Shown: piece by piece, positions 18,267 to 28,963 of the stretch
Position numbering within the stretch: position 1 is the stretch's first letter
How the letters are laid out: each line of letters begins with the position of its first letter
NCBI GenBank assembly: GCA_029932675.1
Contig: JAOZPP010000004.1
Coordinates: forward strand, 12,157-76,156
Source of the DNA: a bacterium
GTDB taxonomy: Bacteria; SM23-81; DAOVCL01
DNA: 64,000 nucleotides
Direction: 5' to 3'
Notes under the pieces: generated by a model
Database searches by the model: none
The model's input: only the letters and a program-made list of their open reading frames with translations
Told to the model about the DNA's origin: nothing
Program-made: the position numbers and the translations under genes

Positions 18267-18521
18267 ATGGCCCATAAAAAGGGAGTGGGAAGCTCCAGAA
18301 ATGGAAGGGATAGCAACCCAAAGATGTTGGGGGTGAAGAGGTACGGGGGACAATGGGTAACTGCCGGTTCCATCCTGGTCAGACAGCGGGGAAGCAAGAT
18401 TCACCCAGGGACGAATGTGGGAATGGGGAGGGATGATACCCTCTTCGCTAAGATAGATGGAACGGTGAAATTCGAGAGAATGGGTAGAAATAGAAAAAGG
18501 GTCAGCATCTACGCTCAATAG
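18267..18521 (+). CDS. rpmA: 50S ribosomal protein L27
   Basis: The protein starts [28 protein letters not shown]..., an unmistakable L27 N-terminus. Confidence 0.97.
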   Translation: MAHKKGVGSSRNGRDSNPKMLGVKRYGGQWVTAGSILVRQRGSKIHPGTNVGMGRDDTLFAKIDGTVKFERMGRNRKRVSIYAQ

Positions 18522-18532
18522 GAGATGGAAAG

Positions 18533-19213
18533 ATGAAAGTTGCTCTCCTCCTCAGCGGCTGTGGGGTTTATGATGGTTCGGAGATCCATGAAGCCACCTT
18601 GGCCCTTTATTTCTTGGTACGAGCGGGAGCTCAACCCCTCCCCATAGCCCCAAACATTCCTCAAGCGGAGACTATTAACCACCTCAACGGAGGGAAAGTA
18701 GAGGAAAAGAGAAATGTTTTAGTTGAATCGGCAAGGATCTCCAGAGGAGAGATCATGGATATTAGTGAAATCACGGGAGCAGATATCGATGGTCTGATAA
18801 TTCCCGGTGGCTTTGGGGCAGCAAGAAACCTTTCCAACTTCGCTGAAGAGGGAGAAAACTGCACCATAAATGAGGAAGTAAAGAGGCTAATCAGGGATAT
18901 GGTGCGCAGGAGAAAACCAGTGGGGGCGATATGCATAGCCCCAGTTTTAGTGGCCAAGGCCTTGCAGGGCATGGAAGGGGTAACCCCCACCTTGACCATC
19001 GGCAACGATCCAGCCACGGCCAGAAAGTTGGAAAGGTTAGGGGCTATTCATATCCCTGCCCGCGTGGATGAGGCAATAATCGATGACGAAAACAACATAA
19101 TTACTACCCCCGCCTATATGATCGGCCCCGGCATTACCGATGTTGCCAAGGGCATCGAGAACTTGGTTAAAGGGGTAATAGAGTTGATTGAAAAGAGGGA
19201 GGAAAGGATTTAA
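18533..19213 (+). CDS. elbB: DJ-1/PfpI-family glyoxalase ElbB
   Basis: MKVALLLSGCGVYDGSEIHEA.. and ..PVGAICIAP.. (nucleophile elbow Cys) are typical of ElbB. Confidence 0.85.
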   Translation: MKVALLLSGCGVYDGSEIHEATLALYFLVRAGAQPLPIAPNIPQAETINHLNGGKVEEKRNVLVESARISRGEIMDISEITGADIDGLIIPGGFGAARNLSNFAEEGENCTINEEVKRLIRDMVRRRKPVGAICIAPVLVAKALQGMEGVTPTLTIGNDPATARKLERLGAIHIPARVDEAIIDDENNIITTPAYMIGPGITDVAKGIENLVKGVIELIEKREERI

Positions 19214-19474
19214 TCAAAATTACTCCCATCTATCATCGGTTCAGGCCTGATGAGGACCAGCTCAAATTAAATGAAAAGGCTTCTCCCCTTTATAGCCATC
19301 TCACTTGGCGGTAAAGGGTATAAATCCCTCCTAAATTAACCTTTTCCTAACTTATCTCCATAATTTTCAAAGAAATTGGTAGTTTAAAAACAGGACCAGT
19401 ACACCTCTTCTTGGTTAATTCCAGAGAAAATCCCTTGGGAATGGGGATTTTTTGATTTTTTCGCAAAAAAATTG

Positions 19475-19503
19475 TTGACAAAGACTGTTAGGTGGGTTAT
19501 AGT
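19475..19503 (+). promoter_or_regulatory. sigma-70 promoter TTGACA-17-TATAGT
   Basis: Consensus -35 box, a 17-nt spacer and a near-consensus -10 box, with an A-tract upstream. It lies 42 nt before the hup ATG. Confidence 0.6.
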
Positions 19504-19544
19504 AGCGGTGAATTTCTTAACCCTTATATCAAGGAGGTGTTTTC

Positions 19545-19829
19545 ATGAATAAGGGAGAGCTGATCGCCGAGTTAGCCAGAAGAGCCGATTTTACCCAAAA
19601 GCAGGCTCGTACGGCTATTGATGCCATCTTCAACCCTGATGGAATAATCGCCTCTGAACTGAAGAGGGGAGGAAGGGTGCAAATTACTGGCTTCGGCACC
19701 TTTGAAACAAGGAAGAGGGGGGCCAGAATGGGAAGGAACCCACAGACTGGCGCTCAACTAAAGATACCTGCGGCCACCTATCCGGCTTTTAAGGCTGGGA
19801 AAGGGTTGAAGTCGAAGATAAGGAAGTAG
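19545..19829 (+). CDS. hup: HU-family nucleoid DNA-binding protein
   Basis: MNKGELIAELA...GFGTFETRKRGARMGRNPQTGAQLKIPA is the HU/IHF fold signature. Confidence 0.93.
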   Translation: MNKGELIAELARRADFTQKQARTAIDAIFNPDGIIASELKRGGRVQITGFGTFETRKRGARMGRNPQTGAQLKIPAATYPAFKAGKGLKSKIRK

Positions 19830-19852
19830 ACCCCTCGAAAGGCTAAACCTTA

Positions 19853-19890
19853 AAGGGCAAAGTTTATTGGCTTTGCCCTTATTCTTTATT
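19853..19890 (+). terminator. intrinsic terminator AAGGGCAAAG-loop-CTTTGCCCTT followed by ATTCTTTATT
   Basis: 10-bp perfect stem with an 8-nt loop and a T-rich tail, 24 nt after the hup stop. Confidence 0.7.
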
Positions 19891-20014
19891 ATCCCAAATT
19901 ATATCCACAGCCCAGGGTAACTCAAGCATAAAGGTCTATGGAATTCAAACCTCCCCATATTTTAACCACAGTTCGGGAAACTCAGAAATGTCTCGTCGAA
20001 GAGGAAATTTTTCC

Positions 20015-20043
20015 TTGATTGATGGAGTTAGTGGGCTTATATT
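20015..20043 (+). promoter_or_regulatory. sigma-70-like promoter TTGATT-17-TATATT
   Basis: The spacing was counted directly. It is followed by a GAGGAGG SD and the thrS TTG start. Confidence 0.45.
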
Positions 20044-20064
20044 AAGGGAAATTGAGGAGGATAT

Positions 20065-21969
20065 TTGAAGGTTAAGATTTCAGCTAAAGAGATAAGGGAT
20101 TATCCTCCTGGGATAAAGGTGGAAGAGGTAGCCAAGGATCTTGGCCTCAGGGCAGTCGCTGCCCAGGTTGACTCTCAGATTGTGGATTTGGCGTATAGGT
20201 TAAAGGGTGGTGAGGAGGTAAAGATATTGACCTTTGACGATCCGGAAGGGAAGAAGATCTTCTGGCATTCTACCTCGCACATAATGGCCCAGGCCGTTAA
20301 GGAACTTTTCCCTGAGGTTAAGCTTGGTATAGGTCCGCCAATTGACCAGGGGTTCTATTACGATTTTGGGGGGAGGACTCCCTTCTCACCTGAGGAGTTG
20401 GAGCAGATAGAGAAGAGGATGTTAGAGATAGTGCAGGCGGACCTTCCTTTCCAGAGGGAAGAGGTGAGCAAAGGGGAAGCATTGAAGATCCTTCAGGGGG
20501 AGGATTTTAAGGCCCAACTCCTCAGCGAGATCGATGGGGATAGAGTCACCCTCTATCGACAGGGTGGATTTGTCGACCTCTGCCGCGGGCCCCATCTTCC
20601 CTCCACTGGGATGGTAAAGGCCTTCAAGCTCCTCTCAGTTGCCGGTGCTTACTGGAAGGGGGATGAAAAAAATGCTGTAATGCAGAGGATATATGGTATT
20701 TCATTTCCCACAGAGGAGCAACTTTCCCATTATCTGCAGAACTTAGAGGAGGCTAAGAGAAGGGATCATCGGCGGCTTGGCCGGGAGCTCGACCTCTTCA
20801 GCATCCATGAGGAAGTAGGAGCAGGGCTTGTCTACTGGCATCCAAAGGGGGCGGTGATCAAAAACATCATTGAGGACTTCTGGAAGGCCGAACACATAAA
20901 GCGAGGCTATCAGCTTGTCTACATCCCCCACATCGCCAAGGCCCACCTCTGGCGCACCTCTGGCCATTATGAGTTCTATCGGGAAAACATGTATTTCCTC
21001 CAGGTAGAGGGCGAGGAGTATGTGCTCAAACCGATGAACTGTCCAGGTCACATCCTCATCTACAAGTCGAAGAAGAGGAGCTATCGGGATCTGCCCATCA
21101 GGTATGCCGAGTTGGGCACCGTATACCGGGCGGAGAGATCGGGTGTGCTACGCGGGATGCTCAGGGTGAGGGGTTTTACCCAGGATGATGCCCACATCTT
21201 CTGCCGGCCTGATCAGTTGGAGGAGGAGATCTTAGGGGTAATCGACCTCGCCCAATCTATGCTCCAGACCTTCGGTTACCGGGACTATCAGATCGATCTA
21301 AGCGTAAGGGACCCCCAACACAAGGAGAAGTATGCAGGAAGTGATCAGGATTGGGAGAGGGCAGAGGAGTCCTTAGTCTCTGCCCTGCAGAGGAGAGGAC
21401 TTGACTACCGGCGAGCTGAGGGAGAGGCGGTTTTCTACGGCCCCAAGATAGATATAAAGCTCGTTGACGCCTTGGGGAGGACCTGGCAAGGCTCTACAAT
21501 CCAATTCGACTTCAACCTCCCGGGGAGGTTTAATGTCACCTATACAGACCGGGATAACAGCGAAAAAGAGGTGGTGATGATCCATCGCGCCCTTTTGGGG
21601 TCTATGGAGAGGTTCATCGGTGGGTTGATAGAGCTCTACGGGGGCGCATTTCCCCTCTGGTTGGCCCCTGTTCAGGTAGTGGTTATGCCCATCACCGACT
21701 CTGAGAAGGGCTATGCGGAGCAGGTCTTCAATCGGCTCCACGAGGAGGGGATAAGGGCTGAACTCGATGATCGAAATGAGAAGATAGGCCATAAGATCAG
21801 GGAGGCCGAGCTACAGAAGATCCCCTATATGCTCATCTTAGGCAAGAGAGAGGCTCAGGGGGAGACGGTGGCCGTAAGGCAGAGGAGGGGAGGGGATCTG
21901 GGTCAGTTTGACCTCGATTCCTTCATAGGGAGGGTAAGAGAGGAGATAGAGGAAAGGAAAATTTGGTAA
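20065..21969 (+). CDS. thrS: threonine--tRNA ligase
   Basis: 634 aa with TGS, second-additional, class-II core and anticodon-binding domains (..HSTSHIMAQA.., ..MNCPGHILIY.., ..FTQDDAHIFC..). TTG start after GAGGAGG. Confidence 0.96.
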   Translation: MKVKISAKEIRDYPPGIKVEEVAKDLGLRAVAAQVDSQIVDLAYRLKGGEEVKILTFDDPEGKKIFWHSTSHIMAQAVKELFPEVKLGIGPPIDQGFYYDFGGRTPFSPEELEQIEKRMLEIVQADLPFQREEVSKGEALKILQGEDFKAQLLSEIDGDRVTLYRQGGFVDLCRGPHLPSTGMVKAFKLLSVAGAYWKGDEKNAVMQRIYGISFPTEEQLSHYLQNLEEAKRRDHRRLGRELDLFSIHEEVGAGLVYWHPKGAVIKNIIEDFWKAEHIKRGYQLVYIPHIAKAHLWRTSGHYEFYRENMYFLQVEGEEYVLKPMNCPGHILIYKSKKRSYRDLPIRYAELGTVYRAERSGVLRGMLRVRGFTQDDAHIFCRPDQLEEEILGVIDLAQSMLQTFGYRDYQIDLSVRDPQHKEKYAGSDQDWERAEESLVSALQRRGLDYRRAEGEAVFYGPKIDIKLVDALGRTWQGSTIQFDFNLPGRFNVTYTDRDNSEKEVVMIHRALLGSMERFIGGLIELYGGAFPLWLAPVQVVVMPITDSEKGYAEQVFNRLHEEGIRAELDDRNEKIGHKIREAELQKIPYMLILGKREAQGETVAVRQRRGGDLGQFDLDSFIGRVREEIEERKIW

Positions 21970-21985
21970 CCAAGGAGGTGGCGAG

Positions 21986-22561
21986 ATAAAGTTATCGAAG
22001 GAACTGAGGGTAAACTCCCAAATAAAGGCTCCACGGGTAAGGGTAGTGGGGGAAAACGGGGAACAGATAGGGATTATGCCCTCACAGGAGGCCATAGAGA
22101 TGGCCCAGGAAAGGGGGTACGACCTGGTAGAGGTCGCCCCTCAGTTAGAACCGCCGGTCTGCAAGTTAATGGACTATGGCAAGTATAGGTATGAAAAGAG
22201 CAAAAAGGAGAGAATTAGCAGGAAGAAACAGATAAGCGTTCAACTCAAGGAGATAAGACTAAGACCGAAGACAGATGAACACGCCTTTGGTTTTAAGCTT
22301 AAACATATCAAGGAGTTCCTCAATCAAGGGAAAAAGGTCAAGGTCTATGTCCATTTTCGCGGCCGGGAGATGGTTCACCAGGAATTTGGTGAAAAGCTCC
22401 TGGAGCAAATCAAAACCGAGGTGGAGGGCCTTGGAGGGGTTGCCCAGGAGCCAAAGTTAGAGGGTAGGAACCTAATTATGATCTTGAATCCAGTGGCTCA
22501 AAAGAAAGGGGAGAAGAGTGCCAAAGTTGAAAAGCAAGAAGGGGGCAAAGAAGAGGTTTGA
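21986..22561 (+). CDS. infC: translation initiation factor IF-3, probable non-canonical AUA start
   Basis: The track ORF starts at GTG 22046, but the frame is open upstream. It encodes (I)[28 protein letters not shown], which aligns with IF-3 N-termini (MSKDFIINEQIRAREVRLIDQNGDQLG). The only start-like codon there is ATA 21986, placed 5 nt after AAGGAGGTG. Confidence 0.75.
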   Translation: MKLSKELRVNSQIKAPRVRVVGENGEQIGIMPSQEAIEMAQERGYDLVEVAPQLEPPVCKLMDYGKYRYEKSKKERISRKKQISVQLKEIRLRPKTDEHAFGFKLKHIKEFLNQGKKVKVYVHFRGREMVHQEFGEKLLEQIKTEVEGLGGVAQEPKLEGRNLIMILNPVAQKKGEKSAKVEKQEGGKEEV

Positions 22562-22712
22562 ACTGACCGGCACGGGGAAGATAAAGAGGCGAAAGGCCTT
22601 TTTTTCTCATATCCTCACCAAGAAATCCTCTAAGCGCAAGAGGAATCTCAAAAAGTGGGAGATAGTAACCCGGGAAGATCAGGGGAGGATAAAGAGGCTC
22701 ATTAGCTCATAA
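22518..22712 (+). CDS. rpmI: 50S ribosomal protein L35
   Basis: [28 protein letters not shown].. matches L35. The GTG start overlaps the infC 3' end. Confidence 0.93.
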   Translation: MPKLKSKKGAKKRFELTGTGKIKRRKAFFSHILTKKSSKRKRNLKKWEIVTREDQGRIKRLISS

Positions 22713-22721
22713 GGAGGAGTT

Positions 22722-23093
22722 ATGCCCAGAGTTACATATAAGGTTCCCTCTCGCCGACGGAGAAAGAAAGTTCTCAAGGCCACCAGGGGTTATCGGGGGG
22801 CAAGAAGCAAGCTCTATCGCACCGCAGTGGAATCCCTACACAGGGCCTTGGCTTATGCTTACCGAGATCGAAAGAGGAGGAAAAGGGACTTCCGCCGGCT
22901 TTGGATAATGAGGATAAATGCCGCCGCAAGGCTTAGCGGCCTCTCCTATAGCCGATTGCTTAGGGGATTAAAAAAATCTGGAGTGAAGTTAAACAGAAAA
23001 CTCCTGGCTGAACTGGCAGTTAATGATCCACCGGCCTTTGAAAGGCTAACTAAGCTGGCTAAGGAGGCTCTTGGGGTTGAAAGCGGAGCTTGA
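22722..23093 (+). CDS. rplT: 50S ribosomal protein L20
   Basis: [33 protein letters not shown].. matches L20. Confidence 0.96.
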   Translation: MPRVTYKVPSRRRRKKVLKATRGYRGARSKLYRTAVESLHRALAYAYRDRKRRKRDFRRLWIMRINAAARLSGLSYSRLLRGLKKSGVKLNRKLLAELAVNDPPAFERLTKLAKEALGVESGA

Positions 23094-24084
23094 AGAAATA
23101 ACCAAGGGGGCCTTAAAGAGGATAGAAAACGCACAATCCCCTGAGGAGATCGAGAGGATTAAACTCGACCTCCTGGGTAGGAAGGGTAGACTCACTCAGC
23201 TCCTTCGTCAATTAAAGGACTTGCCTCCGGAGATAAGGCCAGAGGTGGGCAGAGTTGCCAACCAGGCCAAGGCCAAGTTGGAGGCGGCACTAAAGGAAAG
23301 GAGGAACTCCCTCACCCCCCTCCATCAGAAGAGGGAGGTTTTGGATGTCACCCTCCCTGGAAAAAGGCCTTGGGAGGGAAGCATTCATCCCCTAACCATC
23401 ACCCTCCAGCGAATTGTGGAAATCTTCTATGGAATGGGGTTTGAAGTGGCCGAGGGTCCAGAGGTGGAGACGGACTATTACAACTTCGAGGCCCTTAATA
23501 TGCCTCCTGATCATCCGGCAAGGGATATGCAGGACACCTATTATCTGAGCAAAGACCTCCTTCTCCGCACCCATACCTCCCCAGTGCAGATCAGGGTAAT
23601 GGAAAGATCCCAGCCTCCGATAAGGATCGTTGTCCCGGGAAGGGTCTACCGACATGAGGCCATAAATGCACGCAGTTTTACTGTCTTCTATCAACTGGAA
23701 GGGCTCTATGTAGATGAAGGGGTGACCTTCGGCCAACTAAAGGGGGTTTTAACCGCCTTTATCAACGAGTTCTTCGCCGCGGAACTCCCCCTCCGTTTCC
23801 GGCCCAGCTTCTTCCCCTTTACCGAACCCAGCGCGGAGGTGGATATCAGATGTGTGATCTGCCGGGGGAAGGGCTGTTCTGTCTGCAAGGGAAGAGGATG
23901 GTTAGAAATTTTAGGGGCGGGGATGGTAGATCCAGCGGTCTTCCAAAGGGTTGGTTATGATCCGGAGAGGTTCAGTGGATATGCCTTTGGCCTGGGCATA
24001 GATCGCTTAGCAATGCTTAAATATGGCATCGATGATATCAGGCTCTTCTACGAGAACGACATCAGGTTTCTCAGCCAGTTTTGA
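23071..24084 (+). CDS. pheS: phenylalanine--tRNA ligase alpha subunit
   Basis: 337 aa with class-II motifs (..[11 protein letters not shown].., ..[16 protein letters not shown].., ..[10 protein letters not shown]..). TTG 23077 is spaced better from AAGGAGG (23061-23067) than TTG 23071. Confidence 0.93.
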   Translation: MGLKAELEEITKGALKRIENAQSPEEIERIKLDLLGRKGRLTQLLRQLKDLPPEIRPEVGRVANQAKAKLEAALKERRNSLTPLHQKREVLDVTLPGKRPWEGSIHPLTITLQRIVEIFYGMGFEVAEGPEVETDYYNFEALNMPPDHPARDMQDTYYLSKDLLLRTHTSPVQIRVMERSQPPIRIVVPGRVYRHEAINARSFTVFYQLEGLYVDEGVTFGQLKGVLTAFINEFFAAELPLRFRPSFFPFTEPSAEVDIRCVICRGKGCSVCKGRGWLEILGAGMVDPAVFQRVGYDPERFSGYAFGLGIDRLAMLKYGIDDIRLFYENDIRFLSQF

Positions 24085-24283
24085 CCCAATCGGGTGATGG
24101 GGTTTATTACTCGATCTCCCTCTTCCGTGCGTAGCGGGATTTTAAACCTGAGTGGCTGCTTATATCTACTTTTAACCCACTTTAATGGAACCAGAGTTTG
24201 CACCTTTCAACCTTAATATTCTAAGCTCCTCATTCTAAATATCTTGTGATAATCCCCTTGGTTTCCTAAGTCTATTAGAGAAA

Positions 24284-26626
24284 ATGCGGATAAGCTATAA
24301 TTGGTTAAAGGAATTTGTAAAACTTGATCTTTCTCCGGATGAATTAGCTGAAAGGCTTACTCTCACCGGCACAGAGATAGAAAAGGTAGAGCATATCTTT
24401 CCCCAGTTTAAGGGGGTAGTTACTGCCAGGATAACCTCCATAGAGAAGAGAAACAAGCTAACAATTTGCCAGGTGGATGGAGGTGGAGCTTCAGTAACTG
24501 TCGTCTGTGGGGCCCCCAATGTGCAGTCCGGCCAGATCGTTCCCCTGGCCCTCCCGGGGGCACTACTCCCGGGAGGAAGGAAGATCGGAATTAAGACCTT
24601 TGATGAAGTTGAATCCCAAGGAATGATCTGTTCAGAAAAGGAGTTAGGACTCTCTGACTATGGGGAAGGGATTATGGTCCTGGAGGAAGAGCATCCTCTG
24701 GGTATCCCCTTGGAGGAAGCTCTCTGTCTAAACGATTATATCTTGGATGCCGACCTTACCCCTAATCGCCCAGACTGTATGTCCCTTTTAGGTGTGGCCA
24801 GGGAAGTTGCCGCTATCCTCCACCTCCCCCTTAATCTTCCCCCATTACCATCACCCCCTCAAACCAAGGGGGAAATACCCAGGGTGGAGGTGGAGGATGG
24901 GAAAGGGTGCCCCAGATATACGGCGCGCATCATTGGGGGGGTCAAGATCTCCCCTTCTCCCTTCTGGCTGCGGAGGAAGTTGGAGTCAGCAGGGCTAAGG
25001 GCGGTCAACAATGTAGTTGATATAACGAACTTTGTAATGATAGAGAGGGGACAGCCCCTCCACAGCTTTGACTGGGATAAAATCAGGGATCAGCGGATAA
25101 TAGTGAGGAGATCCCTCCCTGGCGAGAGCCTAGTCACCTTAGATAACCAGGAAAGGCGATTAGAGGAGGGCACCCTCCTCATCTGTGACGGCAAGGGCCC
25201 AGTGGCCATAGCTGGGATAATGGGGGGAATGGATACAGAGGTGGGGGAGGGAACAAAAAACCTCCTCTTGGAAAGCGCCTATTTTGATCCTCACCTTGTG
25301 AGAAGGGGAGCCAAGAGCCTGGGATTAGCCTCTGAGTCCTCACAGAGGTTTGAGAGAGGGGTGGATCCATTTGGCCTCCTCCCCGCCCAGGAGAGGGCAA
25401 CAGAGCTCTTCTGCCGCTTAGCTGGGGCCAAGGCGGTGGGACCGATAGCCGATATCTCCCCCTCCCCTCCCTCCTCTCCCCGGATTAGGCTGAGGGAGAA
25501 GAAAGTAAGTCAGGTTTTAGGGGTAACCCTAAACCAAAAGAGGCTAACAGATCTCCTCTCCCCTTTGGGGTTTGCACCCAAGGGCAAGGGTATCTTTGCT
25601 GTTCCCGGATATAGGCCAGATGTAACCCGGGAAATCGATCTCATTGAGGAGGTGGCCAGGATTTATGGTTACGACAAAATCCCCTCCGATAACCAGGCCA
25701 GGGGGGCTCTTCCGGCAAGGATTACGGAGAGGGAAAGAAGGCTAAGAAAGGTAAGAGAAATCCTCTCCGGTTTGGGATTGAGGGAGGTAATTACCAACTC
25801 CCTGGTAGACCCCCGTTGGATAGAGGCCATCGGATACAAGGGGGAATTAGTCCGGCTCTTAAACCCCTTGAGCCAGGAACTATCCTGTCTCCGACCTACT
25901 CTCCTCCCCTCCCTTCTCTGGGTAGCTGGACTGAACTTAAGGAGGGGGATAAGGGAGGTGAGGATCTACGAAGTGGGAAAGGTCTTCTCCCCCGAGGAGG
26001 GAACAAGATTAAGCGGCCTTATCTTAGGGGATCAATCTCCTCCCTACTGGGGGGAAAGGGAGAAGGGGATAAATTTCTACTCCCTCAAGGGGATAGTGGA
26101 AACATTTCTCGGCTTGCTCAGGTTGGGAAGGGGGAGGTTCATTCCCCAGAATGATCCTCCCTATGAAGAGGGGAGGACGGCCCTCCTAATGCTTGGGAAG
26201 AAGGAGATAGGGATCCTTGGCAAACTTTCTTCTCAGGTGAGCTCAAGGTTCGATCTGGAGGAAGAGGTATTCTGTTTTGAGCTGGATATGGACTCGGTCT
26301 TAGAGCTTGTCCCTACAGGATTTAAGTTTGTCCCCCCTTCCCGTTTCCCACCGGCAAAGAGGGATTTGGCAATTTTGGTCGATCAGGAGATCCCTGCAGG
26401 GGAGATCAGCGAAGCCATCCTCAAGTTAGGCTCTCCACTGGTCAAGGATGTATCCCTCTTTGACCTCTACCAGGGGAAACAGATACCTCCCGGGGAGAAA
26501 AGTTTAGCCTTCTCCCTATGGTTTAGCTCACCCCACTCCACTCTCACTGACCAGGAGGTGGAAAGGGTTCAGGAGAGAATCCTTCAGGGGTTGCAGGATA
26601 AGTTCGGAGCAAGGATAAGATGTTAA
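24284..26626 (+). CDS. pheT: phenylalanine--tRNA ligase beta subunit
   Basis: 780 aa starting [12 protein letters not shown].., with tRNA-binding, B3/4, B5 and FDX-ACB domains in order. Confidence 0.95.
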   Translation: MRISYNWLKEFVKLDLSPDELAERLTLTGTEIEKVEHIFPQFKGVVTARITSIEKRNKLTICQVDGGGASVTVVCGAPNVQSGQIVPLALPGALLPGGRKIGIKTFDEVESQGMICSEKELGLSDYGEGIMVLEEEHPLGIPLEEALCLNDYILDADLTPNRPDCMSLLGVAREVAAILHLPLNLPPLPSPPQTKGEIPRVEVEDGKGCPRYTARIIGGVKISPSPFWLRRKLESAGLRAVNNVVDITNFVMIERGQPLHSFDWDKIRDQRIIVRRSLPGESLVTLDNQERRLEEGTLLICDGKGPVAIAGIMGGMDTEVGEGTKNLLLESAYFDPHLVRRGAKSLGLASESSQRFERGVDPFGLLPAQERATELFCRLAGAKAVGPIADISPSPPSSPRIRLREKKVSQVLGVTLNQKRLTDLLSPLGFAPKGKGIFAVPGYRPDVTREIDLIEEVARIYGYDKIPSDNQARGALPARITERERRLRKVREILSGLGLREVITNSLVDPRWIEAIGYKGELVRLLNPLSQELSCLRPTLLPSLLWVAGLNLRRGIREVRIYEVGKVFSPEEGTRLSGLILGDQSPPYWGEREKGINFYSLKGIVETFLGLLRLGRGRFIPQNDPPYEEGRTALLMLGKKEIGILGKLSSQVSSRFDLEEEVFCFELDMDSVLELVPTGFKFVPPSRFPPAKRDLAILVDQEIPAGEISEAILKLGSPLVKDVSLFDLYQGKQIPPGEKSLAFSLWFSSPHSTLTDQEVERVQERILQGLQDKFGARIRC

Positions 26627-26823
26627 TGGAATCATTGGAGAAATTGGAAGGGACGGTGGAGAAACTTCTCCGCGAAATGGAAAATTTAAGGGAGGAGAAC
26701 CAAAAACTAAAGCAAGAATTGAAGAGAATGAATGGGGCTGGTCCCTTGCAAAACGAGGAGGCCCTCAACAGACTCAAAAGTGTAATTAAAAAGTTAGAAT
26801 CGTTATCCATCACGAAATCATAA
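26620..26823 (+). CDS. ZapB-like coiled-coil cell-division protein
   Basis: 67-aa heptad-rich ORF ([30 protein letters not shown]) immediately upstream of zapA. Confidence 0.55.
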   Translation: MLMESLEKLEGTVEKLLREMENLREENQKLKQELKRMNGAGPLQNEEALNRLKSVIKKLESLSITKS

Positions 26824-26826
26824 AAT

Positions 26827-27114
26827 ATGGCGGAAATCATCAGAGTTGAGATCTTTGGTACGGAATACCCAATTAAAGGGGATGTTGATTCCGATTACAT
26901 AGAGAAGGTGGCCAGGTATGTGGATAAAAAGATGAGAGAGGTGGCCAAGGAACTTTCCTTGGTCTCTCCCTCCAAAGTAGCTATCCTGGCAGCTATGGAC
27001 ATTACTGACGAGCTCTTTAAGGCAAGGGAGGAGGGGAAGAAGTATACCATCCAGTTTGAGTCCCGGGTGGAGGAGCTAAATCGTAAGTTAAAGAGGAAAT
27101 TAAGGGGAGAATAG
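26827..27114 (+). CDS. zapA: cell division protein ZapA
   Basis: 95 aa with the ZapA pattern VEIFGTEYPIKGDVDSDYIEKVARYVDKKMREV..AILAAMDITDEL. Confidence 0.85.
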   Translation: MAEIIRVEIFGTEYPIKGDVDSDYIEKVARYVDKKMREVAKELSLVSPSKVAILAAMDITDELFKAREEGKKYTIQFESRVEELNRKLKRKLRGE

Positions 27115-27138
27115 CCCCCTTTTCCCCCTTAGGTCAAT

Positions 27139-27205
27139 CCCGCTGTTTTCGTGATGGTTTCCCGGCGTCTGCGACGCCGGGGGTTACGGATCAGTGGGTT
27201 TTTTT
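27139..27205 (+). terminator. compound hairpin followed by a T7 run (zapA terminator)
   Basis: The outer stem pairs CCCGCTG (27139-45) with CAGTGGG (27192-98). The middle stem pairs CGTGA with TTACG. The inner stem is CCCGGCGTC-TGC-GACGCCGGG (27161-81). TTTTTTT follows at 27199-27205. Confidence 0.5.
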
Positions 27206-27406
27206 GTAAAATGACAAATGCAGAAAAAGAGGTTGCGGTAACAGTCCACCAAGTTGAGGGGAAGTAGATTACCCTGCGGGTTTCTTTGCTTAGTTTTTGC
27301 GCCAAAAGGCAACCCTTACTTGGGCTTAGAGCCCCCCAAAAATATCTGGGTAACCCGATCCGTGGTAGCTGTTACATCCTCTTAAAAACCATGAAGGAGG
27401 CCATAG

Positions 27407-28963
27407 ATGGTTCTTGAGCTGATAATAGCTGCGGTGATAGCAATTGTATTTCTGGCCTTGGGTTGGTTCTTGAGAAAAGGTATTGGGGAGGGAAAGGTGA
27501 GGAGGGCAGAGGAGCTTGCTGCCAAGATTATCTCCGATGCCCAGAAGGAGGCCGAAATAAAAAAGAAGGAAGCCCTGCTTGAGGCAAGGGATGAATGGTA
27601 TCGGGCAAAATCAAAGTTTGAAAGGGAAACCAGGGCGAAGAGGGCAGAGCTAGGAAAGTTGGAGAAACAACTCTCGGAGAGAGAATCAAGTCTTGATCGC
27701 AAGGTGGATATACTTTCTCGCAAGGAGAGGGAAATTCAAAGCCGCGAGAGGGCCCTCTCTGCTAAGGAGAGGGGGGTGAGAAACAAAGAATCGGAGCTCT
27801 CCCGCCTGATTGAGGAGGAAAACAAGAGGTTGGAGAGGATCGCGGGGATGAGCTCTGAGGAAGCAAAGAAACAGCTAATTCAAAACTTAGAATCACAAGC
27901 AAAGCATGAGGCAGCCCAGTTAGTGAAGCAGATTAAAGCGGAGGCCCAAGAGAGAGCGGAGAGGGAGGCACGGGAGATAATCGTCTCCGCGGTGCAGAGA
28001 TGTGCCGCTGGTCATACGGTGGAAAGCACTGTTTCTGTCGTCTCCCTTCCCAACGATGAGATGAAGGGAAGAATAATCGGTCGGGAGGGAAGGAACATCC
28101 GCTCCTTTGAGACAGCCACAGGAATAGATGTGATAGTAGATGACACCCCTGAGGCAGTAATCCTCTCCGGCTATGATCCAGTAAGGAGGGAGATAGCCAG
28201 AATTGCCTTAGAGAAGCTCATCCTCGATGGGAGGATCCATCCAGGAAGGATAGAGGAGATGGTGGCCAAGGCATCTCAGGAGATGGAGGAGCTAATCAAG
28301 CAAGCAGGGGAGGAGGTCTGCTTAGAGACTGGGGTGAGTGGTATCCACCCCAAGCTAATGAGATACTTGGGTAAGCTCAAATATAGAACCAGCTATGGAC
28401 AGAATGTGCTCCAGCACTCCAAGGAGGTTTCCCTCCTTGCTGGACTAATGGCCGCCGAGCTTGACCTCGACCCCACTATGGCCAAAAGGGCCGGTCTCCT
28501 CCATGACATAGGCAAAGCCATAGATAGGGAGATGGAAGGTCCCCACACCCAGGTGGGCTGGGAATTGGCCAAGAGGTTCAATGAACCACCGGAGGTCCTC
28601 AATGCCATCTTAGGGCACCATGAGGATGTGGAGCCAACATCCTTGATCACCGTCTTAGTGGAGGCCGCCGATGCCATCTCTGGGTCCCGCCCAGGCGCCA
28701 GACGGGAGACCTTAGAGGGGTATATTAAAAGGTTGGAGAAATTAGAGGAGATCGCTGACTCCTTTCCCGGTGTCTCCAAGGCCTATGCTATCCAAGCGGG
28801 AAGGGAGATAAGGGTAATCGTTGAGCCACAGAAAATAGATGATCAGAAGGCTAGTGAACTGGTCGATGAAATTGCGGAGAAGATACAATCGGAGATGGAA
28901 TACCCTGGGCAGATAAAGGTCACTGTAATCAGGGAAACGCGGGCGGTTGGTTATGCCAAATAA
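27407..28963 (+). CDS. rny: ribonuclease Y
   Basis: 518 aa with an N-terminal TM helix, a long coiled coil, a KH domain ([15 protein letters not shown]) and an HD domain ([11 protein letters not shown]). Confidence 0.95.
   Translation: MVLELIIAAVIAIVFLALGWFLRKGIGEGKVRRAEELAAKIISDAQKEAEIKKKEALLEARDEWYRAKSKFERETRAKRAELGKLEKQLSERESSLDRKVDILSRKEREIQSRERALSAKERGVRNKESELSRLIEEENKRLERIAGMSSEEAKKQLIQNLESQAKHEAAQLVKQIKAEAQERAEREAREIIVSAVQRCAAGHTVESTVSVVSLPNDEMKGRIIGREGRNIRSFETATGIDVIVDDTPEAVILSGYDPVRREIARIALEKLILDGRIHPGRIEEMVAKASQEMEELIKQAGEEVCLETGVSGIHPKLMRYLGKLKYRTSYGQNVLQHSKEVSLLAGLMAAELDLDPTMAKRAGLLHDIGKAIDREMEGPHTQVGWELAKRFNEPPEVLNAILGHHEDVEPTSLITVLVEAADAISGSRPGARRETLEGYIKRLEKLEEIADSFPGVSKAYAIQAGREIRVIVEPQKIDDQKASELVDEIAEKIQSEMEYPGQIKVTVIRETRAVGYAK

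Noticed and set aside
27186-27368. First model of a 6S RNA closing stem, pairing GGATCAGTGGGTT (27187-27200) with AACCCGATCC (27352-27361).
   Set aside because: The 5' partner is better used as the 3' arm of a compound hairpin that is followed by T7, i.e. the zapA terminator at 27139..27205. Only the weaker downstream fold is kept, as a low-interest finding.
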